Positions 23,268-34,277 are shown, counted from the first letter of the stretch. The stretch is DNA of 64,000 bases from an uncultured delta proteobacterium (GCA_963804165.1 CAWDPO010000010.1:160001-224000), one strand, 5' to 3'. Notes: generated from the sequence alone by a model not told the origin. A program made the numbers and translations.

Positions 23268-23527
23268 TCCATTGCCAAACCAGCCAAGGCGTCGACGACG
23301 TCCCGCACCGTGCGCACACTTTTGAAGACCTCCGGTTGCAGCCTCTTGCCGGTCAATTGTTTGAGCTTCACGGCAATATCAACCGCGTCGATGCTATCGA
23401 TATCGAGATCCGTGTACAAATTCGCGTCTAAGGTTATTTTCGCTTTGTCCAACTCGAACATCTCGTGCAAAATATTGACCAACCAGGCGTAGATTTCTTC
23501 CCGGTTCATCGGAATTGGCGCAGTCAT
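23264..23527 (-). CDS. Acyl carrier protein (ApeF-like)
   Basis: DLDIDSIDAV with the phosphopantetheine Ser. Start is uncertain (23557, 23527 or 23509). Confidence 0.9.
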   Translation of the reverse strand: MTAPIPMNREEIYAWLVNILHEMFELDKAKITLDANLYTDLDIDSIDAVDIAVKLKQLTGKRLQPEVFKSVRTVRDVVDALAGLAME

Positions 23528-23528
23528 T

Positions 23529-23798
23529 TCAACTTCCCTCGTTTTTAACGTACTCACCGATCATATTCGCGAGCGTACGGACGGACTCGAAGTGACGGCG
23601 GTTTTCCTCGGCGTTAGCCGATAAGGTAATGCCGTAGCGCTTTTGGATCGCAACTCCGAGTTCGAGCGCATCGATGGAGTCCAACCCGAGTCCGTCGACA
23701 AACAGGGGGGCATCGGATTCGATGTCGGTCGGCGTAACGTCTTCGAGTTGCAACACATCGATGATCAGTTGTTTTATTTCATCTTCAAGCGACTGCAT
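23529..23798 (-). CDS. Acyl carrier protein (ApeE-like)
   Basis: GLGLDSIDALE. Confidence 0.9.
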   Translation of the reverse strand: MQSLEDEIKQLIIDVLQLEDVTPTDIESDAPLFVDGLGLDSIDALELGVAIQKRYGITLSANAEENRRHFESVRTLANMIGEYVKNEGS

Positions 23799-24555
23799 GA
23801 CGGCCATTTTCCTTCGTGAAGTAGGATTGCAAATGTTCGGTCAGATGGCGCGCGGCCAAAGCCTCGCTGCCCGCGCTCCCGACAAAAGGTTGAATATCGA
23901 TGTCCTCTTTCACCTCGATATTAAATTGGGAAGCCTGCGACGGCAACCGCCACCACTTCACTCCCTTGGCGAGCATCGCCGGCCGGCATCGGATAAGGAC
24001 CGGCGTGATATTTCGCGAGGCGCGCACCGCGATATTGGCGGCGCCGCGTTTCAGGGAAATCGAACCGTCCGACGGCGTGCGCGTACCTTCAGGGAAGATG
24101 ATCAGAGAGTTGCCACTGTGAATCGCCGCGACGCAGTCATCGATCAGACCCACACTGTCATCGTCGTTGCGAACGAACGCCGCGGCATAGACGGTAGCAT
24201 GAGTAAACGGGTTGCGCCAAAGCGCGCTTTTGATAATGCAGCTGGCGCGCTTGGCGAACGCCATGAGAAACACAATATCGATCAACGTCGGGTGATTGGC
24301 GAGAATCAGCAGCCCCTCGCGCTGGAGCTTCTCAGAACCTTTGAATTCATACTGAAACACACCCATCGCGCGCATGGAACGGACGATGCAGCGAAACGTA
24401 AATCCGATCAAGTCCCGCGCCATGGCGGTGCGCCGTTCACGGCGCCGGATCAGTACGTTGAGCACGGGAAAAACGATCACGCCACCGATACCGACTGCGA
24501 GAAAACCTAACCCCGTTCCAAATACCCGCCAAAAATGACCCACCTTATTTAGCAT
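23785..24555 (-). CDS. Lysophospholipid (PlsC-like) acyltransferase (ApeD-like)
   Basis: ANHPTLID (NHxxxxD) and IFPEGTR. Confidence 0.88.
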   Translation of the reverse strand: MLNKVGHFWRVFGTGLGFLAVGIGGVIVFPVLNVLIRRRERRTAMARDLIGFTFRCIVRSMRAMGVFQYEFKGSEKLQREGLLILANHPTLIDIVFLMAFAKRASCIIKSALWRNPFTHATVYAAAFVRNDDDSVGLIDDCVAAIHSGNSLIIFPEGTRTPSDGSISLKRGAANIAVRASRNITPVLIRCRPAMLAKGVKWWRLPSQASQFNIEVKEDIDIQPFVGSAGSEALAARHLTEHLQSYFTKENGRHAVA

Positions 24556-25282
24556 GACGAGTCCAAATCCATTGCCGCCCGTCGGAAGCACGTTCCAGAA
24601 CTCGGCCCATGAGGAGGAAAAACCGGAAAATTTCCAAGCCACCCGGCAAACCGTTATGTGACCGAACATTCTTTCCGGCGCGCCAGCGGAGCGAGTAGCC
24701 ATCCTCGCGCGCCGGTTTAAGCAGCCAAGCCCAGGCAAACGGTCGTTCATCGCAATCTTCAAACGAGGCGTAGATCGTCGGCAGAGGGCAATCGTAAACG
24801 ACCAGCAATACTTCCGTAGTGCCCTCGGCGAGCAATCCGCAAGCTTCGATCACCGCATGCTCCACGCCGCTCGCGCCGGCGGAGAGCGCGATGCTATTCG
24901 CATGATCGGCGCGCGCAATCGAAAACAGCCCCGCAGTGGCATTGTGAACGGACAAGCCAAAGGAGGTCGGAGAAAGCGGTGCTCTCTTGGCAAGATCGGT
25001 CAATAGCTCGACGGAGCGCAAGGCCTCACCGTGACGAGAGCAAAATATCGTCGGCACGTCAACTTTTTGCCCGAGACAATCATACGCGACTTCGAGAGCC
25101 ATTTTACTGAGAAAACCCGCCCGCCGCCGCAGCATAGGTGCCATGGCTTTAACCGGAGGCTCGCGATCGCCGTTAAAGCCAATCTCTCCTCTCGCCCACG
25201 CCATCCAGGCGTCGCGTGTCTCCACTCCGGGAGCCCACGCAGCGAAAGACGCGACGGAAAAACTGACAACCTGGTTGTCCAC
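24545..25282 (-). CDS. Beta-ketoacyl synthase chain-length factor (ApeC-like)
   Basis: PMLRRR, FCSRHGE and LSPTSFGLSVHNA; no catalytic Cys motif. First gene of the cluster. Confidence 0.85.
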   Translation of the reverse strand: MDNQVVSFSVASFAAWAPGVETRDAWMAWARGEIGFNGDREPPVKAMAPMLRRRAGFLSKMALEVAYDCLGQKVDVPTIFCSRHGEALRSVELLTDLAKRAPLSPTSFGLSVHNATAGLFSIARADHANSIALSAGASGVEHAVIEACGLLAEGTTEVLLVVYDCPLPTIYASFEDCDERPFAWAWLLKPAREDGYSLRWRAGKNVRSHNGLPGGLEIFRFFLLMGRVLERASDGRQWIWTRHAK

Positions 25283-25539
25283 GGTTAGTCTATTCGTAAT
25301 GCCGCGAAATACCGGCTCGTGCGAAGCTTAACGGGGAGAATTATCGTTCATTCGACAAGTCGCGCGCAAGTTCAAATCCCAGTGTTACGCACAGCACAGC
25401 CTAGGTAATAATCGAAAGCTGACTAGGGAGTCAAATGAACATTTCAGCGAATACGAACGCGATCTGGGAGTCGGCCGATAGCTGGAAGTATTTTTTAAGG
25501 CCTAGTGTCGTTTCGATCAGGAATCGATCCATCGCAATA

Positions 25540-26266
25540 CTATTTTGCCGCAACAAAAAGAGCTTCTTTCAGCGTGACCGTGCCGCTGTACAGCGCCTTC
25601 CCCACGATCACTCCTTCAACACCATCTTTCTCCAGTGGTAGAAGTTTCTTTATGTCCTCCAGCGTCGCGACGCCGCCGGAAGCGATGACGGGAATTTTCA
25701 CTGCGATCGCGATCTTGAGTGTCTCCTCAAGATTCACCCCTTCGCGCGTGCCGTCGCGGTCGATGTCGGTGTAGATGATCCGCGTGGCGCCGTCAGCTTC
25801 ACAGCGTTTGGCGAGCTCGACGGCCTCCATCGCGGTGGTTTCTTTCCAACCTTTCACCGCGACTTTGCCATCGCGGGCATCGATGCCGACGACGATCTTG
25901 CCGGGAAATCTTTTGCACAGAGCGCGAAGAAATTCCGCGTTGTCATAGGCGGCGGTGCCAATGACGACGCGGGACACGCCGAGATTCATGGCAGCTTCGA
26001 CGGCCTCGACGGATCTCAATCCGCCCCCGAGCTCTACGGATAGTCCAGGCTGCCGGCAGATCGCGGCAACTTCTCTGGTGTGAACCGGATGGCCCTCTAC
26101 CGCGCCGTTCAAATCGACGATGTGAATGAACCGCGCGCCTTCGGAAAGCCAATGCTGGGCCGCTGTCGACGGGATCTTCGAAGTAAATCGTCTCCTTGTC
26201 CATCTCTCCCTGAAAGAGACGAACACACCGGCCGTCTTTCAAATCGATCGCGGGAATGATCAGCAT
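25540..26266 (-). CDS. hisA: ProFAR isomerase HisA, one frameshift near 26165
   Basis: [20 protein letters not shown] in one frame; [22 protein letters not shown] and IASGG in the other. Confidence 0.93.
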
Positions 26267-26270
26267 GAAA

Positions 26271-26889
26271 TCAATTGGCAGCTACGAAACGACCGAAGTT
26301 GGCGAGAATGCGCAGTCCGAGTTCCTGACTCTTCTCCGGATGAAACTGGCAGGCAAAGAGCCGCTCGGTCACGATGCTGGAAACGAACGAACTGCCATAA
26401 TCGGTCGTCGTAGCAACCAGTCGATCGGTCATCGGGCACAACGTAAAACGAATGCACGAAATAGACGTAATCGCCGCTGGAAATTCCCTCGAGAAACGGT
26501 GATTCGGTTTTTTTCTCGATCCGGTTCCAGCCCATGTGCGGAACTTTGAGATTTTCATTAGCGTGAAAACCGACGACTTTTCCGGAAAAAAGATCGAGCC
26601 CTTTCTGTTTGCCGAACTCCTCACTTTCGGAAAACAGCAGCTGAAAACCGAGGCAGATGCCAAGAAACGGTTTGTTCTGTCGCACGACCTCGCGCACCGG
26701 CTCGATGAGCCCAAACTTGCCGAGATTTTCCATGCACGCACTGAACGCCCCAACTCCCGGCAAAACGACGCCGCGCGCCGCTTGAATCTGACCGACATCG
26801 CGGGTTACGACGACGTCGAAACCAACGCGCTCCAGCGCCTTCTGAACGCTGCGCAGATTGCCCATCCCATAGTCGACAATGGCGATCAT
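26271..26889 (-). CDS. hisH: Imidazole glycerol phosphate synthase glutaminase subunit, one frameshift near 26425
   Basis: [19 protein letters not shown] and YFVHSF, then CQFHPEKS in the second frame. Confidence 0.93.
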
Positions 26890-26895
26890 ATCCTA

Positions 26896-26924
26896 AACGA
26901 TTTGAACGAGCTTGAACGATTAAC
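26896..26924. repeat. Short tandem TTGAACG-like repeats between hisB and hisH
   Basis: AAACGATTTGAACGAGCTTGAACGATTAAC. Confidence 0.45.
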
Positions 26925-26926
26925 TT

Positions 26927-27514
26927 TTATAGGCTCCCCTTCGTCGACAGCACGCCTTGCACCCGTGGATCGACTTGCGTGGCAAAATCCATCGCGCGGG
27001 CGAAAGCTTTAAAGCAAGCTTCAATGATATGGTGCGGATTCTCGCCGCGCGGCACATCGATGTGCAGGTTCATGCCAAGCTGATTGGCGAACGCGGCAAA
27101 AAATTCATGCGGCAAGTCGGTATCGAAATCGCCGACGCGACCCGGGCGGATTTTCACGTTGTAGGAGAGATAGGGCCGGCCACTCAAGTCGACAACCACC
27201 TTCGCCAGAGTTTCGTCGAGCGGGCAACTCGCTTCGCCGAAGCGGCGGATGCCGTGCTTATCGCCCAGCGCGTCTTTGAACGCTTGCCCCAACGCTAAGC
27301 CGACGTCTTCCACCGTGTGATGAAAGTCGACGTCGAGATCGCCCTTGGCTCTAATGTCGACGTTAAAAAAACCATGGCGACTGAAAGCGTCCAACATATG
27401 ATTAAAGAAAGGCATGCCGGTCTCGATCGCAGCTTGGCCGCTGCCGTCGATATCCAAGTTGATCGCGATGTCCGTTTCTTTGGTCTTGCGCTTGACCGTC
27501 GCCTTGCGTGCCAT
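26927..27514 (-). CDS. hisB: Imidazoleglycerol-phosphate dehydratase
   Basis: [23 protein letters not shown] and STKGSL. Confidence 0.97.
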   Translation of the reverse strand: MARKATVKRKTKETDIAINLDIDGSGQAAIETGMPFFNHMLDAFSRHGFFNVDIRAKGDLDVDFHHTVEDVGLALGQAFKDALGDKHGIRRFGEASCPLDETLAKVVVDLSGRPYLSYNVKIRPGRVGDFDTDLPHEFFAAFANQLGMNLHIDVPRGENPHHIIEACFKAFARAMDFATQVDPRVQGVLSTKGSL

Positions 27515-27527
27515 AGAGACTCCTCAA

Positions 27528-28814
27528 TTATCTAAATCGCGCCTCCACCGAGCGCGCGTGATCGTCCAACCCTTCCAGTCGCGCCAAATGCGTGATTTTC
27601 GACGCCAACGTTTTTAGCGCGCGCCTCTCGGCGTGTATCACCGTCGTGCGCTTGAGAAAATCATAAGTTCCGAGCGGCGAAAAAAACCGCGCGCTGCCGC
27701 CCGTCGGCAGCACATGATTCGGTCCGGCGAGATAATCGCCCAGCGGCGGCGGCGAATACGGTCCGAGAAACATCGCGCCGGCGTTATGGATCTCCTTCGC
27801 TAATTTTTGCGGCTCTCTGACGATCAATTCGACGTGTTCCGGCGCGATGGCATTGGCTAATTCGACCATCTCCTTTTTGCCGCGTGCGACGATGATCGCA
27901 CCGTATTTTTCCAGTGATTTAAGCGTGATCGCTTGCCGTTTGGTGCCGCGCAGCCGGTCGTCGACCGCCCTTTGAATTTTCTGCGCCGTCGCCATCGAGG
28001 TCGTCACGCACAAAGCGGCAGCCAATTCGTCATGCTCCGCCTGCGATAACATATCCGCGGCGACATGAACCGGATCTGCCGAATCGTCCGCTAAGAGCAA
28101 AATCTCGCTGGGCCCGGCGATGGAATCGATATTCACCTCACCGAACACCATCCTTTTGGCCGTGGCGACGAAAATATTGCCGGGCCCGACAATCTTATCG
28201 ACCTTGGGAATCGTTTGCGTGCCGAAGGCCAATGCCGCTATGGCTTGCGCGCCGCCGACACGAAAGATGCGATCGACTCCGGCCATGCGCGCTGCGGCGA
28301 GAATGATCGCACCATTGTTGCCGATGGGCGAACACATCATGATTTCTTTGACGCCAGCCACTTTGGCGGGAATCGCATTCATCAAAACGGTCGATGGGTA
28401 GGACGCCTTGCCGCCCGGCACGTAAACGCCGACACGCGCCAGCGGCGTAATTCGCTGGCCGAGTATCATGCCGAGTGGATCGCGGTATTGCCAGCTTTTT
28501 TGCAGTTGGCGGCGGTGAAACGCCGCGATTCGTTTCGCCGCGAGGCGTAAAGTAGACAAATCCTTTTGCGTGACTTGAGCGATCGCGCGCTGGATCTCCG
28601 CGGGCTTTACTTCCAACGTCGCCGCCGTCAAGCGCAGCCGGTCGAACAGCCGGGTATACCGCAACAGCGCCCGATCGCCCTGCTTTTGCACCGCGGCGAC
28701 GATTTCCGACACCCGTTGCTCAACGTTATCTTCGCGCGTGCCGCGCCGCGCCAAGATCCGCATAAGCAACGGTTTAAACCCGTCGTCGGTTGTTTTGACT
28801 AACCTGATTCTCAT
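27528..28814 (-). CDS. hisD: Histidinol dehydrogenase
   Basis: GVYVPGG, GPGN, IDSIAGPSE, SQAEHD and GPNHVLPT. Confidence 0.97.
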   Translation of the reverse strand: MRIRLVKTTDDGFKPLLMRILARRGTREDNVEQRVSEIVAAVQKQGDRALLRYTRLFDRLRLTAATLEVKPAEIQRAIAQVTQKDLSTLRLAAKRIAAFHRRQLQKSWQYRDPLGMILGQRITPLARVGVYVPGGKASYPSTVLMNAIPAKVAGVKEIMMCSPIGNNGAIILAAARMAGVDRIFRVGGAQAIAALAFGTQTIPKVDKIVGPGNIFVATAKRMVFGEVNIDSIAGPSEILLLADDSADPVHVAADMLSQAEHDELAAALCVTTSMATAQKIQRAVDDRLRGTKRQAITLKSLEKYGAIIVARGKKEMVELANAIAPEHVELIVREPQKLAKEIHNAGAMFLGPYSPPPLGDYLAGPNHVLPTGGSARFFSPLGTYDFLKRTTVIHAERRALKTLASKITHLARLEGLDDHARSVEARFR

Positions 28815-28847
28815 GGTTCACGCGTTAGCTAAGATTTTGATTCCCGT

Positions 28848-28886
28848 TTCGAACCCTTGAACTTTTGAACGCTTGAACTATTGAAC
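28848..28886. repeat. Five tandem TTGAAC-core repeats (8-9 bp period) between murA and hisD
   Basis: TTCGAACCCTTGAACTTTTGAACGCTTGAACTATTGAAC. Confidence 0.6.
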
Positions 28887-28890
28887 AAAC

Positions 28891-30160
28891 CTACCCCTTC
28901 ACCCGGACGATCTGCGCACCCAACAGTGAAAGTTTCTTTTCGATTCCTTCGTAGCCGCGGTCTAAATGATAGACGCGCGAGACCTCGGTCGTGCCCCTCG
29001 CCACCAAGCCGGCCAGTATCAACGCTACGCTCGCGCGCAAATCGCTTGCCATCACCGGCGCTCCGGACAGCTCGCGCACGCCGCGCACGATCGCGCGATT
29101 GCCTTCCAACTTGATTTGCGCGCCCATTCGGTCCAGTTCCTGGGCGTGCATGAAGCGATTTTCAAAGATCGTTTCGGTAATCACGCTGACACCGTCGGCG
29201 ACGGCCATGAGCACCATCAGCTGCGCCTGCAGATCCGTGGCAAAACCAGGATACGGCAGTGTGGTCACATCGACGCTTTTGATCGCGCCATTTCGCCGCA
29301 CGCGAATTCCCGAGTCATCGGACGTCAAAACCACGCCCGGCCTCTTTGAGCTTGATCAAGAAGGCTTCGAGATGCTCGGTGCGAGCCCCCTTGACCAGGA
29401 CATCGCCCCCCGTGAGCGCCGCCGCGATCACGAAGCTACCGGCTTCGATACGGTCCGGGATGATCCGGTGCGTGATGCCGTGTAATGCGTTCACGCCGTC
29501 GATTTGGATGATATCGCTGCCGGCGCCATGAATTTTGCCGCCCATGCCGTTAAGCGCGTTGGCTAAGTCTTCGATCTCGGGTTCTTTGGCGGCGTTCTCG
29601 ATGAGGGTCGTGCCGTCGGCGAGAGTCGCTGCCATCATGAGATTCTCGGTCGCGCCGACGGACGGCAGATCGAGATAAATCTTCGCGCCGCGCAATTTCG
29701 TCGCCTTGGCCTCCACGTAGCCATGGGTTTGTTCGATCGTCGCTCCCAGCGCCTCGAGTCCCTTCAAATGAAGATTGATCGGACGCGCACCGATCGCGCA
29801 GCCGCCGGGAGTCGAAACGCGCGCCGTCCCAAAACGCGCCACCAACGGTCCAATGACCAGGAATGAAGCGCGCATCGTCCTGACCAAGTCATAGGGCGCT
29901 TCGAAGTTTTTGATGCGGTCCGCGTGTAGAATCACATCGTCTGCGCCATCGAGCCAACGCTGATTGTCGGTTTTTTCGCCGAGACCGGAAAGCAACTTGA
30001 GCGTCGTGCGAATGTCGGCCAAATGGGGAACGCCGTGATATGCGCAGGGTTCCGTGGTCAACAGCGAGGAAATCAATATCGGCAGCGCGGCGTTTTTCGA
30101 GCCGCTTACCGTGACCGCTCCTTCTAAAGTCTTGCCGCCTTGAATGATGATCGTGTCCAC
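28891..30160 (-). CDS. murA: UDP-N-acetylglucosamine 1-carboxyvinyltransferase, one frameshift near 29335
   Basis: [19 protein letters not shown] (catalytic Cys), [22 protein letters not shown] and LDRGYE. Confidence 0.95.
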
Positions 30161-30172
30161 TAGTGAGTATCC

Positions 30173-31096
30173 TCAGACGGAGTTCAAAAACGCGGCGCGC
30201 TTGCGCGCGACGACGACGCGGTCTTTACCGCCGTAATCCTGATAAATCTTTGCATTGACCAAGCCCGTGTTTGCAAAAAGCGCTGCTACAGACGAGCCCA
30301 TATCCGCGCCGATCTCGACGACCGTGGCACCATTCGCCAACAAATAGTCAAAGGTCTCGGCGGCAATTCGTCGATAATAATCCAGACCATCGACACCGCC
30401 GTCGAGCGCGGCGCGCGGCTCCCAACGGCTCACTGCGGGCTCAAGCTGGGCAATCTCCCCACGGCGAATATACGGCGGATTGGACACGATCAAATGGAAC
30501 GGCTTCTCGGCGTCACGGATCGCTGTAAACAAATCGCCGTGATGAAATTGAATGCGCTCGGCCACACCGTTTCGCTGCGCGTTGATCTGCGCCACCGATA
30601 ACGCCGATTCTGAAAAATCACTCGCCCAGATTTCGGCCCCCGGCAGTTCGCTCGCCAGCGCGATGGCTATGGCGCCGCTGCCGGTGCCCAAATCGAGAAT
30701 CCGAAGCGGCTCAGCGGCGCGCAAATCCACTGCCAGCTTCAATGCGATCTCGACCAGACGTTCCGTTTCCGGCCGCGGAATCAGCACATCGGGCGTCACG
30801 CAAAAATCCAACGACCAGAATTCTTGCAACCCTGTGATGTAAGCGACCGGTTCACGTCGAAGCCGCCGTGATAGGACCATCTCGTACTGTTCACATTGCT
30901 GGCGACTTAACGGCTGATTTGCCGCAACCACGAGGTGTGCGCGGGTCATATTGAGGACATGGCCCAGTAGCAATTCGGCGTCGAGACGGCCGCTGTCGAC
31001 CGCGCCCGACAGCAAGCGCCGCGCGCCTTCGAGCAGTGCTGCTGAAATGCGCGGCGGCGCGCCTTCAATCGCTTGGATCGGCTGATTTGCCGTCAT
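30173..31096 (-). CDS. prmC: Release factor glutamine methyltransferase
   Basis: [16 protein letters not shown] and SNPPY; directly downstream of prfA. Confidence 0.95.
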   Translation of the reverse strand: MTANQPIQAIEGAPPRISAALLEGARRLLSGAVDSGRLDAELLLGHVLNMTRAHLVVAANQPLSRQQCEQYEMVLSRRLRREPVAYITGLQEFWSLDFCVTPDVLIPRPETERLVEIALKLAVDLRAAEPLRILDLGTGSGAIAIALASELPGAEIWASDFSESALSVAQINAQRNGVAERIQFHHGDLFTAIRDAEKPFHLIVSNPPYIRRGEIAQLEPAVSRWEPRAALDGGVDGLDYYRRIAAETFDYLLANGATVVEIGADMGSSVAALFANTGLVNAKIYQDYGGKDRVVVARKRAAFLNSV

Positions 31097-32168
31097 GCTC
31101 CGACTTTCCAGTGGCTTTCAGCACCTCGGCTTGATAGTGCGTGATCAGTGCGTCGATGACTTCGTCGAGCTCTCCTTCCATGACGCGATCCAATTTATAG
31201 AGGGTAAAATTGATGCGATGATCGGTCAGCCGTCCCTGGGGAAAATTGTAAGTGCGAATGCGCTCGCTGCGGTCGCCGCTGCCGACCATGGATTTGCGCG
31301 TCGCGGCAATTTCCGAGCGTTGCTCCTCCTGTTTCTTTTCCAGCAATCGAGCGCGGAGAATCTTCATGCCTTTGGCGCGATTCTTGTGCTGCGATTTCTC
31401 ATCTTGGCAGGAAATCACGATCCCCGTCGGGATGTGGGTGATTCGTACCGCCGAGTCAGTCGTGTTGACGCTTTGGCCGCCGGGGCCCGACGAGCGGAAC
31501 ACGTCGATGCGGATTTCTTTCGGATCGATGGCGATTTCGACTTCGTCGGCTTCGGCCAACACCGCGACCGTGACCGCCGACGTATGGATCCGTCCGGACC
31601 CTTCGGTCACGGGAACGCGTTGGACACGGTGCACGCCGCCTTCGAATTTGAGCTGAGAATAGGCGCCCTGGCCCTCGATGCTTATAATGATTTCTTTATA
31701 GCCTCCGAGGCCAGTCGGATTGGAACTCATCAATTCGACGCGCCAACGGCGCATTTCAGCGTAGCGCGAATACATGCGAAAGAGCTCGGCGGCGAACAAT
31801 GCCGCCTCGTCGCCGCCGGTACCGGCGCGAATTTCTACGATGACGTTTCGCGCGTCATTCGGATCCTTCGGTAAAATGAGAATTTTCAGCCGCTCTTCGA
31901 GCGCTTCTTTACGCTCGCGCAAGGAGCCGATCTCTTCCTTGGCAAGCTCCCGAATGGCTTCGTCGGATTCTTCCAAAAGTTGTCGATTGTCGTGGATCTC
32001 CCGCTCCACTTTACGCCATTCGCGATAACAGGAAACGATCTCCTCTAGCTCGGAACGTTCCTTGGCAAGCTTCGAGTACTCGCGCTGATGGCCGAGCAGC
32101 TGGGGATCCGACATCATCCCTTCCAGCTCGAGGTAGCGTTTTTCGACTTCAGCGAGTTTATCAAGCAT
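31065..32168 (-). CDS. prfA: Peptide chain release factor 1
   Basis: GTGGDEA, PVT anticodon-mimic motif (RVPVTE) and GGQ. Confidence 0.97.
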   Translation of the reverse strand: MLDKLAEVEKRYLELEGMMSDPQLLGHQREYSKLAKERSELEEIVSCYREWRKVEREIHDNRQLLEESDEAIRELAKEEIGSLRERKEALEERLKILILPKDPNDARNVIVEIRAGTGGDEAALFAAELFRMYSRYAEMRRWRVELMSSNPTGLGGYKEIIISIEGQGAYSQLKFEGGVHRVQRVPVTEGSGRIHTSAVTVAVLAEADEVEIAIDPKEIRIDVFRSSGPGGQSVNTTDSAVRITHIPTGIVISCQDEKSQHKNRAKGMKILRARLLEKKQEEQRSEIAATRKSMVGSGDRSERIRTYNFPQGRLTDHRINFTLYKLDRVMEGELDEVIDALITHYQAEVLKATGKSEHDGKSADPSD

Positions 32169-32203
32169 GGCAGCTCACAATTGGGCAACGATGAGGCAGA
32201 AAT

Positions 32204-32243
32204 AAAAAAGGGCAAAGGGATCATATGCCACCCTTTGCCCTTT
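32204..32243 (-). terminator. Intrinsic terminator downstream of rpmE
   Basis: Inverted repeat AAAGGGCAAAGGG / CCCTTTGCCCTTT with a T-run on the minus strand. Confidence 0.75.
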
Positions 32244-32279
32244 CACGTTCCGTCAATACCTATTAAATTAAATTCAGCC

Positions 32280-32501
32280 TCATGTCTCCGCTGAATCTAA
32301 TTTTTTTAGCCCGTATTTCTTTCTATACTTTTCCACGCGACCGGCCGAGTCGAGGAATTTTTGTTTGCCGGTAAAAAAAGGGTGGCAGTTCGAGCAAATT
32401 TCCACGTGGATATTCCCCGCCGTAGAGCGTGTCTCGACCACGTAACCACACGCGCAGGTAATCGTCGCGGCCTTATATTCTGGATGGATAGCTGCTTTCA
32501 T
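32280..32501 (-). CDS. rpmE: 50S ribosomal protein L31 (Cys-containing, zinc-binding type)
   Basis: [13 protein letters not shown] and [10 protein letters not shown]. Confidence 0.97.
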   Translation of the reverse strand: MKAAIHPEYKAATITCACGYVVETRSTAGNIHVEICSNCHPFFTGKQKFLDSAGRVEKYRKKYGLKKLDSAET

Positions 32502-32522
32502 AAGTTTCCTTTAACGGAAGTG

Positions 32523-32551
32523 TTTATAGCATAAGGACTAGCACGCTTCAA
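32523..32551 (-). promoter_or_regulatory. Sigma70-like promoter for rpmE
   Basis: TTGAAG-17 bp-TATAAA with an extended TG. Confidence 0.55.
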
Positions 32552-32632
32552 TCGCCAACGGAGTTACCACACCGCCGACGAGGGGTACTCGAAGAATCCA
32601 GGCGTTCACGCAGGCTGCTGAAGCATATTAGA

Positions 32633-32661
32633 TTGCCAAAAACCGCATTACCCCCTAAAAT
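32633..32661 (+). promoter_or_regulatory. Sigma70-like promoter for the AAA ATPase gene
   Basis: TTGCCA-17 bp-TAAAAT. Confidence 0.55.
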
Positions 32662-32746
32662 GTACCGAATCGGGAATAGGTATGTTTTTTTGCCTGACAA
32701 CGTCGCAGGTCGTTAGCGTCCACTGACCTGGCAAAATAATGGAGGT

Positions 32747-34042
32747 TTGAAATCACTTATGAGTAAGCCGGAGCCTGCCGTTTCGTCGACTCGAGTCGCT
32801 GTACCGCCGATCCCCTTGAACGTTGAAAGCACGCAACTTGATTTCGGCTTCCTTGCCGATCTTGCTTTGAAAACCGTATACGCAGATGCCAACTGCACCA
32901 CCGAACGGGCAGCCGAAAAGTTAAAGTTATCGATGCCCGTAACCGAAGACTTATTGCAGCACCTCTATCGGGAAAAATTTATTGAAATCCGAGGGCTTAT
33001 CAGTTACGGCAACAATCGTTACGGCATGCTGGATCGAGGCTGGCAACGAGCCCAACAGCTACTCGACATGAACGGCTATATTGGCCCCGCGCCGGTTTCT
33101 CTGTCTGCCTATACAGAAATGACGCTCCGCGAAAGCGCGGCACGAGACGCCATACAGCCCCAGGCGGTGAGCTCGGCTATGTCGGGGCTGGTCCTGCCGG
33201 AAAGTACAGTGCAGACACTGGGACTCGTCGCGAACTCCCGCCGCAGCTTATTTATGACGGGTCCTTCGGGTAACGGAAAAACCACCATCGCCACGGCTCT
33301 ACATAACGCTCATCATGGCGAGATCTGGATCCCGTATGCCATTGAGGTTGACGGCCAAATCATCAAAGTCTTCGATTTATACAATCACCAGCCGGTTCCG
33401 GTGCCCGAAGGCAACCGCCATGACGAACGCTGGATCAGAATCAAACGGCCCATTGTCATCGTCGGTGGTGAAATGACCATCGAAACCATGGATTTGATCT
33501 ACAGCACGACTGTGAGGTTCTACGAAGCGCCGTTTCAAATGAAATCGAACGGCGGCACTCTGGTCATCGACGACTTCGGCCGGCAGCGGGTCGATCCCCA
33601 TGACCTGCTAAATCGATGGATCGTCCCGCTTGAAGGGCGCATCGATTATCTTACGTTGCACACCGGCAAGAAAATCGAAGTGCCGTTCGAGCAGCTGCTA
33701 ATTTTTGCCACCAATCTCGATCCCAGCGATTTGGTCGACGACGCTTTTCTCCGGCGCATGGGATACCGTCTCTATGTCAATGCGCCGGATAAAGAAATGT
33801 ACAGCGCAATTTTTGAGAGATTCGTGCAAGCGAGCGGCTTCGACTATGATCGAAAATTTCTCGATTATGTTTTTCGCCTCTACGATGCCGACAAGCGCGC
33901 TCTTAGAGGTTGCGAGCCACGCGACTTGATCCAGCGCTGTGTCGATCTCTGCAAGTACGAGAATCGGCCGATGGCGCTCTCAAATGAGTTGCTGCACCTG
34001 GCGTGGAGAAATTACTTCGGTACAGCGCCCGCCGTACAATAG
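32747..34042 (+). CDS. Uncharacterised AAA+ ATPase with an N-terminal helical/wHTH-like region
   Basis: Walker A GPSGNGKT, Walker B LVIDDFGRQ, FATN sensor and FLRR arginine finger. GGAGG RBS before the TTG at 32747; ATG at 32759 is an alternative start. Confidence 0.85.
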   Translation: MKSLMSKPEPAVSSTRVAVPPIPLNVESTQLDFGFLADLALKTVYADANCTTERAAEKLKLSMPVTEDLLQHLYREKFIEIRGLISYGNNRYGMLDRGWQRAQQLLDMNGYIGPAPVSLSAYTEMTLRESAARDAIQPQAVSSAMSGLVLPESTVQTLGLVANSRRSLFMTGPSGNGKTTIATALHNAHHGEIWIPYAIEVDGQIIKVFDLYNHQPVPVPEGNRHDERWIRIKRPIVIVGGEMTIETMDLIYSTTVRFYEAPFQMKSNGGTLVIDDFGRQRVDPHDLLNRWIVPLEGRIDYLTLHTGKKIEVPFEQLLIFATNLDPSDLVDDAFLRRMGYRLYVNAPDKEMYSAIFERFVQASGFDYDRKFLDYVFRLYDADKRALRGCEPRDLIQRCVDLCKYENRPMALSNELLHLAWRNYFGTAPAVQ

Positions 34043-34190
34043 CCGAACGATGTCAGCCCGCGTTGGCGGGCCCACCGGGGCGCGAGCGTGTTTACCGACC
34101 TATCGTTGATTGCGCGCTCGCGCCATTAGTGGGTTTATGCGGCTTCGCACGTGCGTCCGGTACTTCGCTGTGAAAACTCTATTTTGGAAT

Positions 34191-34266
<76 letters not shown>

Positions 34267-34277
34267 ACGTGAGATAA

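Noticed and set aside
28848-28886. Repeats as a CRISPR array
   Set aside because: The units are 8-9 bp with no spacers, and there are no cas genes.
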